Positions 9,252 to 19,355 of a stretch of DNA of 37,575 bases are shown here, piece by piece. The stretch spans positions 1-37,575 of IMG/VR virus record IMGVR_UViG_3300020045_010472. The stretch is one strand, 5' to 3'. The DNA is from a virus (taxonomy: Duplodnaviria > Caudoviricetes). The notes beneath the pieces are model-generated. The model was not told where the DNA came from. It searched no databases and saw only the letters and a program-made list of their open reading frames with translations. Positions within the stretch are counted from its first letter, which is position 1. Each line of letters starts with the position of its first letter. The translations under genes were made by a program, and so were the position numbers.

Positions 9252-9901
9252 TGAAAATAGATCACACATACGTACTTAATTTAGAACATCGTAAAGACCG
9301 ATTAACAAAGGTTATTCCGGCTCTTTATGATTTTTGCAAAGGAACTGGACTTCCGTTTGCAAGAGTGTTCAAAGCTGTAAATGGTAAAGAGTTATTTCCA
9401 GATTATGAACATGCCGGACGTATCGGGTTTAATTTATCATTTCAAAAGATTTTTACCGATGCTTTATTAAACGAATACGAGGCTATTGCAGTATTTGAAG
9501 ACGATGTAGTGTTGTCAAAAAATGCAGTTGAAGTTTATAATGATTGCATTAATAGCGTACCTGAAGACTGGCAGTTATTTTATTTAGGGGCAAACACACG
9601 GCAGCAATTAAGTAAGGTAAATGCTAGTATTTACAGGCTTGTTAATGCTTGGACAACACATGCAATCATATACAAGCGGTCTGCAATTGAGTATATAATG
9701 CAGAATTATTTATTCCCTGAAATAATAGTTGATTCAACTGATGTATTTGATGAATGGCTTAGGGCAAAAGGTCAGGAAGCCTTAAAGTGTTATATCTTAA
9801 AACCAATAATAGCAACGCAAGCGGAGGGGTGGAGTGACTTGGAAAATAAAGATGTGGATTACAATTGTATTAGTTATAACGCAGATAAACATTTAAGATA
9901 A
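9251..9901 (+). CDS. Glycosyltransferase family 25 (LgtB-like)
   Basis: YVLNLEHRKDR, VFEDDV, WQLFYLG, WTTHAIIY. Confidence 0.88.
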   Translation: MKIDHTYVLNLEHRKDRLTKVIPALYDFCKGTGLPFARVFKAVNGKELFPDYEHAGRIGFNLSFQKIFTDALLNEYEAIAVFEDDVVLSKNAVEVYNDCINSVPEDWQLFYLGANTRQQLSKVNASIYRLVNAWTTHAIIYKRSAIEYIMQNYLFPEIIVDSTDVFDEWLRAKGQEALKCYILKPIIATQAEGWSDLENKDVDYNCISYNADKHLR

Positions 9902-11203
9902 ATGAAAATACTAGCCCAGATACACGCTTATCCTCCGGTACATAATGCAGGTGCAGAATGGATGTTACATGCTATGTTGTTGTGGTTGCAAACTAAAGGG
10001 CATGAGTGCAGAGTGATTATTCCGACAAAAGAAAATTACGAATATCAGGGAATAAAAGTTTTCAAAATGTCAAATGAAAATGAGAAAGAGCAATATGCAT
10101 GGTGTGACCTTGCAATTTCACATCTGCAACAGACTGCTAGGGTTGTGTCAAATTGCCATCATGCAAAAAAAGTACATTTTCATATCGTTCACAATTCGAC
10201 ACCGTATAATGAGATTATAAGAGACCAAAATATTAAAGTTATTTATAACACTTTTTGGCTTTCAAAATTGCATAAATATATTAACGAATCTGTTGTGGTT
10301 AATCCCCCTGTATCTATTACAGATTATAAGACAGAGACCAGTCGAGAGTTTATAACATTAATAAATCTTTGGGACGATAAGGGTGGCAAAATCTTTAATC
10401 AGATTGCAAAATTATTGCCTGAATATAAGTTCTTAGGTGTTGAAGGTGGTTATGGAGATCAGGAACGTGATTTCAGTTTAAAAAATATGACTTATATTAA
10501 CAACACTCCTAATGTTGTTAATGATGTTTATGCAAAATCTGCTATTATTTTAATGCCGTCAAAATACGAATCTTTTGGACGTGTAGCAATAGAAGCCATG
10601 TGTTCCGGTATTCCTGTAATTTGTCACGATACGCCCGGACTTCGAGAAGCCTGCGGCGATGCAGGAATATTTGAAGATAGAAATAATATTGCCGGCTGGG
10701 TTGATAAGATAAAATTGTTAATGACTAATGAAAATTATTATAAAAATATTTCTGAGAAATGTTCTGAAAGGGCTGAGATAGTAAGCGGTTCAATTGATTC
10801 TCAAATGAGTAATTGTGAGTTATTAATGCAACTAGCTATTGAAAAAAATAATGTAAATAAACCAAAAATTATAACTATGAATTTACCGGAAAATGTTACT
10901 GTGGAAGCTGTAAAAAGTTTTTATGATACCCGACACTACAGACGTGGTGAACAATGGATTGAAAGAAAAGAGAGAGCAGAAAATTTCTATAAAAGAAATC
11001 TTGTAAAATTAATTCTTGCTGATGAACCTGTTAAACCACAGGGACAGGATGGTGTAACGGTTGGTGAAATTATTGAAGTTATCAATCCCGAACCTATCAA
11101 TCCTGAACCTGTTATGATTGAGAAAAAAAACAATCCTGCTGCTGAAAAAGCTACAAAAAAAGCAAAGGAAAAAATGACAAAAAAAGTAAAAGAAAAAAAG
11201 TAA
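9902..11203 (+). CDS. Glycosyltransferase family 4 (GT-B) fused to a ~108-aa head-module-type domain
   Basis: HAYPP.HNAGAE, KGG, ESFGRVAIEAMCSGIPVI (EX7E); internal in-frame ATG at 10877 begins a Lys-rich domain. Confidence 0.88.
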   Translation: MKILAQIHAYPPVHNAGAEWMLHAMLLWLQTKGHECRVIIPTKENYEYQGIKVFKMSNENEKEQYAWCDLAISHLQQTARVVSNCHHAKKVHFHIVHNSTPYNEIIRDQNIKVIYNTFWLSKLHKYINESVVVNPPVSITDYKTETSREFITLINLWDDKGGKIFNQIAKLLPEYKFLGVEGGYGDQERDFSLKNMTYINNTPNVVNDVYAKSAIILMPSKYESFGRVAIEAMCSGIPVICHDTPGLREACGDAGIFEDRNNIAGWVDKIKLLMTNENYYKNISEKCSERAEIVSGSIDSQMSNCELLMQLAIEKNNVNKPKIITMNLPENVTVEAVKSFYDTRHYRRGEQWIERKERAENFYKRNLVKLILADEPVKPQGQDGVTVGEIIEVINPEPINPEPVMIEKKNNPAAEKATKKAKEKMTKKVKEKK

Positions 11204-11207
11204 AACA

Positions 11208-11789
11208 ATGTCATACAAACCTATTAATTTTCAGATAAAAATAAACACAGATATAGTCTGTGAACCTGTGTTATTGCCTGAAATGAAAAACTATTTAAAA
11301 GTAGATTTCACAGACGATGACGACCTTATCGAAATGTTAATTACTCATGCAAGAACAATGTTTGAGCAAGAAACAAACCTTGCATTTGGAGAAAAAAATA
11401 TATTTGTTTGGATGGATGTTTACAAAGACAGAGTTTCTATTCCTTATGCTCCACTGCTTGCTATAAATGATATTTTTGAAGTTGATACAGACGGCACAGA
11501 AACAGCTCTCGATGTAGCAGATTATTTCATTAAAAATGATTTAATTATTTGGATTAATAAACCAAGTTTGCCTATCAAATTAGATTTACAAGTCGGTTAC
11601 GATACAGTAGGGAGTGGTGATACAGGACAAACAATCCCTGCAACTTTAAAGACTGCATTAATGAAAGAGGTTGCTACGCAATATGAAAATCGTAGCAATA
11701 TTGAACGTGGTCAGGTTAATGCAATGATTGAATTGAGTAATAATTCAAAGGCAATTTTACAATCGTACAAAAGTATCTATGGATTTTAG
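11208..11789 (+). CDS. Head-tail connector (gp6-like adaptor)
   Basis: EPVLLPEMKNYLKVD..DDDDLIEMLI..AR, GY, IPATLKTA, YENR. Confidence 0.88.
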   Translation: MSYKPINFQIKINTDIVCEPVLLPEMKNYLKVDFTDDDDLIEMLITHARTMFEQETNLAFGEKNIFVWMDVYKDRVSIPYAPLLAINDIFEVDTDGTETALDVADYFIKNDLIIWINKPSLPIKLDLQVGYDTVGSGDTGQTIPATLKTALMKEVATQYENRSNIERGQVNAMIELSNNSKAILQSYKSIYGF

Positions 11790-12105
11790 CGCATTAAATA
11801 GAAAAGTAGAAGTTTATACACTTGCAACAGCCGCTAATACTAGCGGAGGGCAGACAGGTACATGGACACTTGCTAAAACTATTTGGTGCAGTTTAAAACA
11901 ATTGAGTTCACACAGGCAGCTTAGTTATAATCAATCATTCGAGGCTATCGGTTATGAGTTGATAGTTCGTTACAATCCTAGTTTTATTTATACAAAAGAA
12001 ATGAAATATAAATTTGACGGCAAGGAAATGGTTGCATCAAGTGTGAACAACCAAGCGGACGATAAAAAAGTAGTAAAAATATTATGTCATTATAAGCAGT
12101 TATAA
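11779..12105 (+). CDS. Head closure protein (SPP1 gp16-like)
   Basis: LNRKVEV..GG....W...KTIW, IVRY; size and position. Confidence 0.8.
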   Translation: MDFSALNRKVEVYTLATAANTSGGQTGTWTLAKTIWCSLKQLSSHRQLSYNQSFEAIGYELIVRYNPSFIYTKEMKYKFDGKEMVASSVNNQADDKKVVKILCHYKQL

Positions 12106-12693
12106 ATGATTGAAGCAAAAGTAAATATTAAAATTAATCAAAGAATTCCATTAGTGATAATGAGTAAACTGGCTGCTGTAATTAATGATAGTGCTTTGGC
12201 GATTGAAGCAGATGCGAAACAAAAATCACCTATGGATATGGGTGGATTGCGATCTTCCTTAGTTCCAACCCCTGCAACTGCAAATAGATTGTTTTCAAAA
12301 ATAGATCCTTTGCGTTTTGGTTCTAAAATGCTTTATGTTTCTGCTATGGAATTTGGGGCAAAATGGCCTATGAAAATGCCACCATGGAAAGAAACTAATT
12401 CCGCTTTGCAAAGATGGGTAAGGCGAAAAGGTTTAGCAGGCAGTTACTCTATAAAGACAGGCAACAGAGTAAAAGCAAGAACTGCAAGCGGTAAAATTTC
12501 AAGTATTTCAAACGCCTCACAGGATAGAACTGTTGCATTTTTAATAGCACGTAGTTTTAAGAAAAAAGGTATGAAGGCACGTCCATTCCTTATGCCAGCA
12601 TATCGTAAAAACCTACCATGGTTTATTCAAAATGTTGCCAGAACTTTAAGAGGAATGGATTTTAATGTAAATGTTTCAACAAGGAATATGTGA
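12106..12693 (+). CDS. HK97 gp10-like neck/tail completion protein
   Basis: AKQKSP.D.GGLRSS, Y...MEFG, MKARPFLMPA. Confidence 0.82.
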   Translation: MIEAKVNIKINQRIPLVIMSKLAAVINDSALAIEADAKQKSPMDMGGLRSSLVPTPATANRLFSKIDPLRFGSKMLYVSAMEFGAKWPMKMPPWKETNSALQRWVRRKGLAGSYSIKTGNRVKARTASGKISSISNASQDRTVAFLIARSFKKKGMKARPFLMPAYRKNLPWFIQNVARTLRGMDFNVNVSTRNM

Positions 12694-13136
12694 TGAATTT
12701 TAAATATCTAAATAAAGTTTTACGCACCGCAATACTTACTGAAATTGACGGCAATCTTACTCTAAATTCTGTAAACGTACCTGTTTACGATAGAGTACCT
12801 AAAGCCATTGAATTTCCCTTTGTAGTTATTCAGGTGTCAGATGAAAATGATTCTGAAAGGTGCAAAGATTCATACATTCATAAATCAACAGTAACAATCA
12901 ATGTGGTCACAGGGTTTGACGGCAATTATGGGGGTCAAGCCGATGCCGATGATATTACAGACCAGATCACGCAGATTTTATTTAATACTTCCGGAACTTA
13001 TTTCACGTTAAATGCCGATTTTGAAATAATCACATGCAACGTAAGCAGTATTCAGGTTATCGAGAGCCAGACTGATACTCATTATATTGTTCAGGAATCA
13101 ATAGTGGTAATTTACACAGTAGATCAACTTACTTAA
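12690..13136 (+). CDS. Tail terminator (DUF3168-like)
   Basis: VPVYDRVP...FPFVVI; position before the tail tube gene. Confidence 0.8.
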   Translation: MMNFKYLNKVLRTAILTEIDGNLTLNSVNVPVYDRVPKAIEFPFVVIQVSDENDSERCKDSYIHKSTVTINVVTGFDGNYGGQADADDITDQITQILFNTSGTYFTLNADFEIITCNVSSIQVIESQTDTHYIVQESIVVIYTVDQLT

Positions 13137-13148
13137 TTTTAAAATAAA

Positions 13149-13562
13149 ATGGCAAAATATAATGGTACAGCGGTACTTTTTAGATTGGACGGCACAACGC
13201 TTATGCAATGCAAAGATGTTTCTTTGGATATTAAGCAAGACCTGCCGGAAGCAACTACAAAAGACGATTCCGGATGGAAAACAAATATCAACGGGCTTCG
13301 TTCTGCTTCTTTGAAGTTTTCAGGGGTTGCGGATTTTTCAAGCAATGCAAATATTGATGTTTTAACCGACATGATATTTGACAGAGCCGATGCAGCTTTT
13401 CAATTTTTTCCACAGACAAATACAAACGTATATTTCTACGGGAATTGCGATTGCTCAGGCGTAACAATTTCTGCTCCGGTAGAAGGTGTTTGTTCTGTAG
13501 AAGGAACAATGGAAGTTAATGGCACTTTAACAAAGGGTGCAGTAGCTAACTCAAATTCTTAA
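13149..13562 (+). CDS. Major tail tube protein (TP901-1/GTA-like)
   Basis: NGT, EATTKDDSGWKTNINGLRS, APVEG..EGT..VNG.L. Confidence 0.88.
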   Translation: MAKYNGTAVLFRLDGTTLMQCKDVSLDIKQDLPEATTKDDSGWKTNINGLRSASLKFSGVADFSSNANIDVLTDMIFDRADAAFQFFPQTNTNVYFYGNCDCSGVTISAPVEGVCSVEGTMEVNGTLTKGAVANSNS

Positions 13563-13566
13563 TCGT

Positions 13567-13959
13567 ATGAGAGGCGAAGCAACAATAAATATTGGTGGAC
13601 AGTCCCGGACTTTAAAGTTCGGGGTTGTTTCCCTTTCAATATTTGAGAAAGTATTTGAAAAAAGTTTGTTTGAAATTGGCACATTATTGAGTTCTGAAAA
13701 TCCCGGAGTTATATTTGATTTATTAATTAAATTAACTCATTGCGGATTGCTTGGACGTGCAAATAAAAATAATTTGCCATACAATTACGATATTGAAATG
13801 CTTTCAGATTGGATTGAAGAATTAATTGAAGAAGGGCGTTTTGAAGAAATAAAAACAATCGTATTGCCAACTTTTCAGGAAGGTATTATGGTATTTTCAA
13901 AAATGATAAAACCCTCCGAAACATTGGGGGAGCAGACAGAACAACCTCAGAGCAGCTAA
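13567..13959 (+). CDS. Tail assembly chaperone (G)
   Basis: RGEATINIGGQSRTLKFG; between tail tube and tape measure genes. Confidence 0.8.
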   Translation: MRGEATINIGGQSRTLKFGVVSLSIFEKVFEKSLFEIGTLLSSENPGVIFDLLIKLTHCGLLGRANKNNLPYNYDIEMLSDWIEELIEEGRFEEIKTIVLPTFQEGIMVFSKMIKPSETLGEQTEQPQSS

Positions 13960-14288
13960 GCTGTTTTTATCTCGGTGAAGTTGGAATATTACCGAGTGAA
14001 TTTATAGAATGTACCATGCAGGAGTTGTTCTACATTAATAAAGGGTACTTTGATAAATGCGAAAAACAATGGTTACACACACGGACACTCATGGCTTCTA
14101 TAATTAATTGCCATGTAAAAGAAGCAATAAAACCAAGTGATTTAGTACCGTTGGAATTGGACAAATTATGTCCAAAATTAAAACCAAAAACAGACCAAGA
14201 ACAAAAAGAAATTGATGAGTTTTTTAAAAAAGCAGAGAGTTTGACAGAGTTTCAAAATTGGTTAAAGTTTCAGAATAATGGCAAATAG
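13926..14288 (+). CDS. Tail assembly chaperone GT extension via probable -1 frameshift at G GGG GAG
   Basis: The -1 frame is open from the slip site and reads ...LGEVGILPSEFIECTMQELF..., a typical T-segment motif upstream of ATG 14016. Confidence 0.72.
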   Translation, partial: GGADRTTSEQLSCFYLGEVGILPSEFIECTMQELFYINKGYFDKCEKQWLHTRTLMASIINCHVKEAIKPSDLVPLELDKLCPKLKPKTDQEQKEIDEFFKKAESLTEFQNWLKFQNNGK

Positions 14289-16641
14289 TAACATGGAGGT
14301 ATTATTATCAGTAAACGCTGATAAATTTAATGCTGACTTAAAAAAAGCGGGCAAAGCAACGAGTGATCTGGGTTCTGAATTAAAGAATTTTGCTGCTTCT
14401 TTCGTTGGCATTACGGCTGCTTTTGCTATTGTTCAAAAAGCGTTTACGGATATTATTAAAACTACAATTGAATTTGATAAATCACTAAAAAACTTACAGG
14501 CAATCACGGGCGTTTCTTCAAAAGATTTAGAATATTTTGCTGAATCTGCAATTGACGTTTCTATTGCAACAGGAATTTCGGCACGTGATGTTGTCGAAGC
14601 ATATAAGTTGATGGGTTCGGCACGTCCTGAATTATTACAAAATTCACAGGCATTAAAAGAAATGACTGATAGTGCTATTGTATTAGCGCAATCAAGCGGA
14701 CTTGATTTGCCAGATGCTGTTAAAAGGTTGGCTCTATCAATGGGACAACTTCATATACCTACAAAAGATGCTGCAAAAGTTGTTGATGTTTTGGCTGCTG
14801 CCTCACTTGCGGGGTCTGCTGAAATACCTGAATTAACAGACGCTTTACAAAATTTCGGGTCTGTTGCTAAACTTGCAAATGTTAATATAAAAGAATCTGC
14901 TGCTTTGATTGAAACACTTGCAGCAAATGGAATAAAAGGCGCAGAAGCTGGCACTGCTTTGAGAAATATTTTATTGAAATTATCTGCACCCGATGCCCTG
15001 CCAAAAGAAGCACGTGCAATATTAAAGGATTTTAAAGTTGATTTAGAAAAAATATCAGATGTTTCTTTGCCTGTTGGTGTCAGACTTGGAGAATTGAATA
15101 AGATAATGACTTCAAACGCTTCGGCTGCTGAAAAATCTGCTGCTTTAACTAAAATATTTGGAGTTGAAAATATTAATGCTGCTGCTGCTTTATTAAATAG
15201 TTTGCCCGCTTATGAGCAGTTTAGAAAGGACGTTGACAAAACAGGAATATCACTTTCGCAGGCGGCAACAAATACAGATACCCTTTCGCATAAGTTGGAG
15301 GTTATGGGTACAAAATGGGATGCCGCTTGGTTGTCAATTAAGGGAGGTGAGGGAGCTGTTGGTGGATTAATAACTGGATTTGTTGATTTAGTTGAATATG
15401 CCGCAAGTGCAGCCGATGATATTATGCTTGTTTTTCGGGCATTATATGAAAGTTTATCCGATTCATTAGCAGCTTTAGGAATAGGGGATTCAGCAACATC
15501 AAAAAGAGAATTAAAACAACTTGGTGAAGTTTATACGGATGCTCAAAAAAAGTTTTCATCTTCATTTACAAAGATGAATTCAGAATTAAGAGCAAAAAAA
15601 ATACAGGCATTACAGCAAGATTTAATTGATGCAAAAACAAAATACTTAGAAGCCTTAAAAAACAATGATGAATTTGCTAAGGCTTTTAATAAACAAACAA
15701 TTGCCAATGCAGAGGCTCAATTAAAAATAGCTGCAAAAATAAGAGCCGATGAAAAACAACAGACTATTAAGGATGCTGAGGAAATTGAAAAAATTAAATT
15801 ATCTGGCAATATTCTCAAAACAAAAGAAGACCGTAAGGAAGAAAACAAAGTCAAATCAGAACTAGAAAAAGAACTCTCAAAATCAATTGAAGATTATCAA
15901 AAATACATAGACAACACAGCCGCTCTTGATGCTAAATATGTAGAAAATCATAAAAAAAGTATTGATGAAATATTACAGGAAGATGAGAGAAGATGGAAAT
16001 TTTCAAATGATATAGCTGAAAAAGAATTACAAAATGCTTTAAAAATTGCAAATGAAGACGAGCAAAAAACAATCGAAGCATTAAGAAGAAAAAACGAAGA
16101 AATAAAAGCTATCACATTAGATTTAACAAATGCCATAAAAGACATGATGGCAAATATGGTAATTTCTGTTGCTGAAAGTCTGGGTTCAATGATGGCAGGC
16201 GGTGGAGGAATGGAAGACTTAATGAAAAATATGGCAGAAACGCTTACTAATTTTATGTCGCAAATTGGAAAAATGATGGTGACTTTTGGTATAGCTCAAT
16301 TAGCTTTCTTAGTTGCTTTAAAAACCCCAACGCCGGCGGCTGCAATTGCACTAATAGCAGGAGGTGCAGTACTGGTAGGATTAGCAGCAGCTTTAAAATC
16401 ATCTATGGCAAAAGGTCCTAAACCAATGGCAGAGGGCGGTCTTGTTTACGGTCCCACAATGATACTTTCTGGCGAATATTCAGGAGCAAAAAGTAACCCA
16501 GAGGTTGTTGCTCCATTGAGTAAATTACAGGGTATGTTAAATCAAGGCGGTGGCGGTGGTGAGTATAGATTAAGAATTGAAGGGCGTGATTTGGTTGCTT
16601 TAATAGATAAACAAATGAGTTTTCAAAAAAGAATAGGGTAA
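14278..16641 (+). CDS. Tail tape measure protein (TP901 family)
   Basis: 787 aa, Ala-rich helical; GIKGAEAGTALRN, KIFGVE, C-terminal MAEGGLVYGPT..GEY..NPEVVAPL. Confidence 0.93.
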   Translation: MANSNMEVLLSVNADKFNADLKKAGKATSDLGSELKNFAASFVGITAAFAIVQKAFTDIIKTTIEFDKSLKNLQAITGVSSKDLEYFAESAIDVSIATGISARDVVEAYKLMGSARPELLQNSQALKEMTDSAIVLAQSSGLDLPDAVKRLALSMGQLHIPTKDAAKVVDVLAAASLAGSAEIPELTDALQNFGSVAKLANVNIKESAALIETLAANGIKGAEAGTALRNILLKLSAPDALPKEARAILKDFKVDLEKISDVSLPVGVRLGELNKIMTSNASAAEKSAALTKIFGVENINAAAALLNSLPAYEQFRKDVDKTGISLSQAATNTDTLSHKLEVMGTKWDAAWLSIKGGEGAVGGLITGFVDLVEYAASAADDIMLVFRALYESLSDSLAALGIGDSATSKRELKQLGEVYTDAQKKFSSSFTKMNSELRAKKIQALQQDLIDAKTKYLEALKNNDEFAKAFNKQTIANAEAQLKIAAKIRADEKQQTIKDAEEIEKIKLSGNILKTKEDRKEENKVKSELEKELSKSIEDYQKYIDNTAALDAKYVENHKKSIDEILQEDERRWKFSNDIAEKELQNALKIANEDEQKTIEALRRKNEEIKAITLDLTNAIKDMMANMVISVAESLGSMMAGGGGMEDLMKNMAETLTNFMSQIGKMMVTFGIAQLAFLVALKTPTPAAAIALIAGGAVLVGLAAALKSSMAKGPKPMAEGGLVYGPTMILSGEYSGAKSNPEVVAPLSKLQGMLNQGGGGGEYRLRIEGRDLVALIDKQMSFQKRIG

Positions 16642-16642
16642 T

Positions 16643-19354
16643 ATGCCATTTATTCCAACATCAAATTTAAAAAACCTATGGTCAGGTATTGCTAAAATAA
16701 ATGATGGCTTTGCTAATGTAACTGTAGCATTATATTTTTGGTACGATAAAACTTATGAAGATACAGGTGATATTTATGAAGACAGTATAGTTGGAATAAA
16801 AATGTCTTATGCTGTATTTTCAACAGGACTATGGTATGAAATAACTATTTCTAATTTTGCTGATTTAAGAAATATTGACGGAACTGCACCTTTTAATTTT
16901 TCAACAAATTATGCTTTAATAAGCAATGGAGCTTCACCTCCAACTAATTTTAATAATTTTTCATTTTGTCATGGTTTATCAACACTTGTAGAATTTTATT
17001 TAAAAACCGATACTGTATTTCCTTGTTTTGGAATGCATCTAACAGCAGATAGTCCTTTTTGCACAGTATATGTTTCAGATATACGTATCACACATATTGC
17101 AACAACTCCTGACACTGGTACAAATGATGGTACTGCTTCGATTACAGATATAAATAGCAACCAACCAACTTTATATAGTTTAGACGAAGTTACATGGCAA
17201 ACAAGTTCAATATTTACAGGATTTGACGGTGGTGGTGGTGGCGCTTATTATGGTGTTTCAATAAAAGATTCATTAGGAAATATTGACCGTAAAACATTTG
17301 CAATTGATTCTGTCAATACTTATGCCACACGTTGGCAGTGTACTTTTTACGATTTATTAGGTGAATATTGGTATGTTGATATTCAAGAATATGGTTATGC
17401 CTTAGACCCCTTAGATATTACTCTTGGTGCAGAACCAGTCATTATAAATACAGGGGCTTCCGATGGGAATAAGTTTGAAATAATCAGAGGTTCGGAATGT
17501 AAATTGCAATTAGTTTCTGAAACTGATTATCAATTTTCAGATTTATTTACAGATGACGAACGAAAATTTAAAGTAATTATTTCAAAAGATGTAACAACTG
17601 GAAGTATTACTGCAAAGACAACGCAATGGGTAGGGTATGTTTTACCGGACGTTTACAGAGAACCATATTTAACGACACCTTATATTGTAGAAGTTTCTGC
17701 AACAGATGGATTAGGAACATTAAAAAACTTTTTATATCAATTTACAGATGAAACAGCTTATTCAGGGATATTAGATCAATGGTCAATTATTAATGAAATT
17801 TTAAATAAATTAAATCTATGGTTGAATTTAAAAGTTATAAATTCATTAGCTGAAACCAGTGCAGTTATTGACTTTGAAACAATGTACAACCCTTTTGGAA
17901 CGACTTATGTAAACTTAGAAGTATATGATGGAAAAGATTGTGACTTTATTTTAAGAGAAATATTAAAACCTTTTGGATGCCGTATTTTTCAGCAAGGAGG
18001 TATATTTTGGATTGAACGTATTGCCGATTTAGCTGAAGATACTGTTAATTATTTCACCGATAATTATGCAGGTACAAATTTTTCAATTACAGAAGCTGAA
18101 AGTTTAATTATTCAAATGACAAATTATGCAGCATCAAATGAAACTATTTGTGTTTTTCAAAATCAAAATCAGATTCTAGAAATATTACCTTCATGGAAAA
18201 ATTCAAAGGTTATTTTAAAATTAATTGAAAATAATCAATTAATTTATAACGGTGACTTTAAAATTATAGGAGACGCTTCTCCATGGGTACCTCCGGGATG
18301 GGCGGAGGTATTTCCAAGTTTAGCAAATCCTAATAACCAATATTTTACAAGTATGAGACAGGTTTCTCCGGGTAAAATTGGTGTAAGTTTGGAAACTGAT
18401 GACGTTGATTATACCCCTACAGTATTGACTGATGCAAATTATTTAGTAAGTTCAAAACAAAAATTATCTTACAACTCAGATATTGCCTTAAGATTATCAT
18501 TAAGATATTATATTAAAACTATTGGTTCCGGTACTCCAAGTGCAAGGTTATATTATACGCTTGTTAGAAAAACTGCTACAGCAGAATGGTACTTGTCAAT
18601 TGACCCTGTAACATTTCAATTTGTTTGGTACACTACAACTGATCCTGATGAATTGCTTTACAGAGCCATAAATGCAGACTCAGAAGTCAATCAATGGATA
18701 GAATTGCAGAATGATTTTTATTTACCAACAACCTCAGAAAATGAATATTATTATGTAAAATTATTTGAAGTAGTTAGATTATCAGGTTCTATACATTATC
18801 ATTATGTTTTGTATGATTATGTAAAATTAGAATTACTTGTAAATGATATATTTGCTGAACAAACATTTGAAGGAAATAGTTTTAATAATGTTTCTTTTAA
18901 GCCTGAAAATTTAGATTGTTATCACGGTGATGCAACAGATTTTATTAACAATAATATTGCTTATAAAAATCAATTATTATTAATTGATGGTTCAGCTACG
19001 GCTGAATGGGGTGACGGTCAAGAGCCTATTTTAAGGAATTTATGTGACACCATACAAAATGAACATCGTTTTAGAACTTTGAAATTAACCGGAACAATTT
19101 TTTCAAAGATATTTAATTTTTCAAGAATGATTAAGGATGCGAATATTCCTTATTCTTTATTCATGGCTAATTTCGAATCACATAATATTAAGAAAGCAAC
19201 ACATGAAGTTGAATTAATTGAACTAATAAATTATATTGATGGTGCAAACCCGAACCCTTTATATCCTGATGCTGATATAATATTGAGTGAAGCGGGTGAT
19301 TTATTAGTATTAGAAGACAACACAGGTTATATAACATTAGAAACAAGTTTGTAA
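16643..19354 (+). CDS. Large tail tip/baseplate hub-like protein with an N-terminal SprB-like repeat
   Basis: Directly after tape measure; IRGSEC.L, WVGYV.PD.Y.EPY, ATDGLG.LK motifs; C-terminal LSEAGDLLVLED motif. Confidence 0.65.
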   Translation: MPFIPTSNLKNLWSGIAKINDGFANVTVALYFWYDKTYEDTGDIYEDSIVGIKMSYAVFSTGLWYEITISNFADLRNIDGTAPFNFSTNYALISNGASPPTNFNNFSFCHGLSTLVEFYLKTDTVFPCFGMHLTADSPFCTVYVSDIRITHIATTPDTGTNDGTASITDINSNQPTLYSLDEVTWQTSSIFTGFDGGGGGAYYGVSIKDSLGNIDRKTFAIDSVNTYATRWQCTFYDLLGEYWYVDIQEYGYALDPLDITLGAEPVIINTGASDGNKFEIIRGSECKLQLVSETDYQFSDLFTDDERKFKVIISKDVTTGSITAKTTQWVGYVLPDVYREPYLTTPYIVEVSATDGLGTLKNFLYQFTDETAYSGILDQWSIINEILNKLNLWLNLKVINSLAETSAVIDFETMYNPFGTTYVNLEVYDGKDCDFILREILKPFGCRIFQQGGIFWIERIADLAEDTVNYFTDNYAGTNFSITEAESLIIQMTNYAASNETICVFQNQNQILEILPSWKNSKVILKLIENNQLIYNGDFKIIGDASPWVPPGWAEVFPSLANPNNQYFTSMRQVSPGKIGVSLETDDVDYTPTVLTDANYLVSSKQKLSYNSDIALRLSLRYYIKTIGSGTPSARLYYTLVRKTATAEWYLSIDPVTFQFVWYTTTDPDELLYRAINADSEVNQWIELQNDFYLPTTSENEYYYVKLFEVVRLSGSIHYHYVLYDYVKLELLVNDIFAEQTFEGNSFNNVSFKPENLDCYHGDATDFINNNIAYKNQLLLIDGSATAEWGDGQEPILRNLCDTIQNEHRFRTLKLTGTIFSKIFNFSRMIKDANIPYSLFMANFESHNIKKATHEVELIELINYIDGANPNPLYPDADIILSEAGDLLVLEDNTGYITLETSL

Positions 19355-19355
19355 T

